Shown: positions 63,899-64,000 of the stretch, piece after piece
Layout of the letters: each line of letters begins with the position of its first letter
How positions within the stretch are numbered: the stretch's first letter is position 1
DNA from: Candidatus Mediterraneibacter pullicola
GTDB lineage: Bacteria; Bacillota; Clostridia; Lachnospirales; Lachnospiraceae
Assembly (NCBI GenBank): GCA_019117065.1
Contig: DXAK01000043.1
Coordinates: forward strand, 124,671-188,670
DNA: 64,000 nt
Direction: 5' to 3'
Notes under the pieces: generated by a model
The model's database searches: none
What the model saw: the letters and a program-made list of their open reading frames with translations, nothing else
What the model was told of the DNA's origin: nothing
Program-made: the position numbers and the translations under genes

Positions 63899-63902
63899 AA
63901 AA

Positions 63903-63942
63903 GGAAAGGCGCAAAAGTTGGATTTTCTTTTGCGCCTTTCCC
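63903..63942. terminator. Strong hairpin between cas3 and the candidate CRISPR repeat
   Basis: GGAAAGGCGCAAAAG ... CTTTTGCGCCTTTCC (15-bp stem). A U-tract follows on the minus strand (TTTTTT), with only a weak T-run on the plus strand. Confidence 0.7.
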
Positions 63943-63969
63943 ATTTAGTAACTTATTGCAAACTCCATT

Positions 63970-64000
63970 ATTTCAATCCACAGGTTCCTGTCCCGACTAC
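63970..64000 (-). CRISPR. Single candidate (terminal) CRISPR repeat, truncated by window edge
   Basis: Minus strand reads GTAGTCGGGACAGGAACCTGTGGATTGAAAT. The 3' GTGGATTGAAAT matches the 3' handle of type I-C repeats as I recall them. Only one copy is visible, so an array cannot be confirmed. Confidence 0.3.

Overview
The window looks like chromosomal DNA from an anaerobic Firmicute of about 50% GC. Gene content resembles Clostridia/Lachnospiraceae; the taxon is inference only.

- **1-21.5 kb, mostly housekeeping:** 5'-truncated htpG, an SGNH / DUF4358-like / MBOAT / DHHW envelope O-acylation cassette, a pseudouridine synthase, ligA, an unusually long ClpX, ilvE and mgtE behind an M-box riboswitch. 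Also here are a GntR-linked operon (cysteine-desulfidase-like, PuuD-like amidohydrolase, APC permease), two small membrane proteins and pepD.
- **21.7-51.7 kb, about 30 kb purine/urate catabolism supercluster** of the selenium-dependent molybdenum hydroxylase type, matching family by family the E. coli xdhA-ygeV...ygfU region.
  - Catabolic and transport genes: guaD-xdhABC behind a guanine-class riboswitch, arcC, ridA, ygeW, ygeY, ygeX, ssnA, an NCS2 permease, ygfK, hyuA and a fused 2Fe-2S/Moco xdhD.
  - Cofactor and accessory genes: an XdhC-type accessory gene, yqeC, a yqeB-mocA fusion and a polyferredoxin, followed by a ModE-like regulator and modABC.
  - A low-GC hicAB toxin-antitoxin cassette splits the cluster.
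- **Most unusual element:** a tandem pair of about 127-nt GC-rich, highly structured repeats (150-nt period). It fills the whole intercistronic gap between a YheO-like regulator and ygeX. I cannot assign it to any RNA class I know.
- **52-64 kb:** an orphan NMT1-like lipoprotein binding protein with a structured leader, and a zinc-ribbon / K-A-P-rich / TM / acidic-tail protein with in-frame 36-bp repeats. Then come a PHP phosphatase, a YerC-like protein, a DUF1836 protein, pcrA and rlmD. Last is a low-GC cas3, followed at the window edge by what looks like a terminal type I-C CRISPR repeat on the opposite strand.

No rRNA, tRNA or transposase genes were seen. All start-codon refinements, promoters and RNA folds were done by eye and need computational confirmation.
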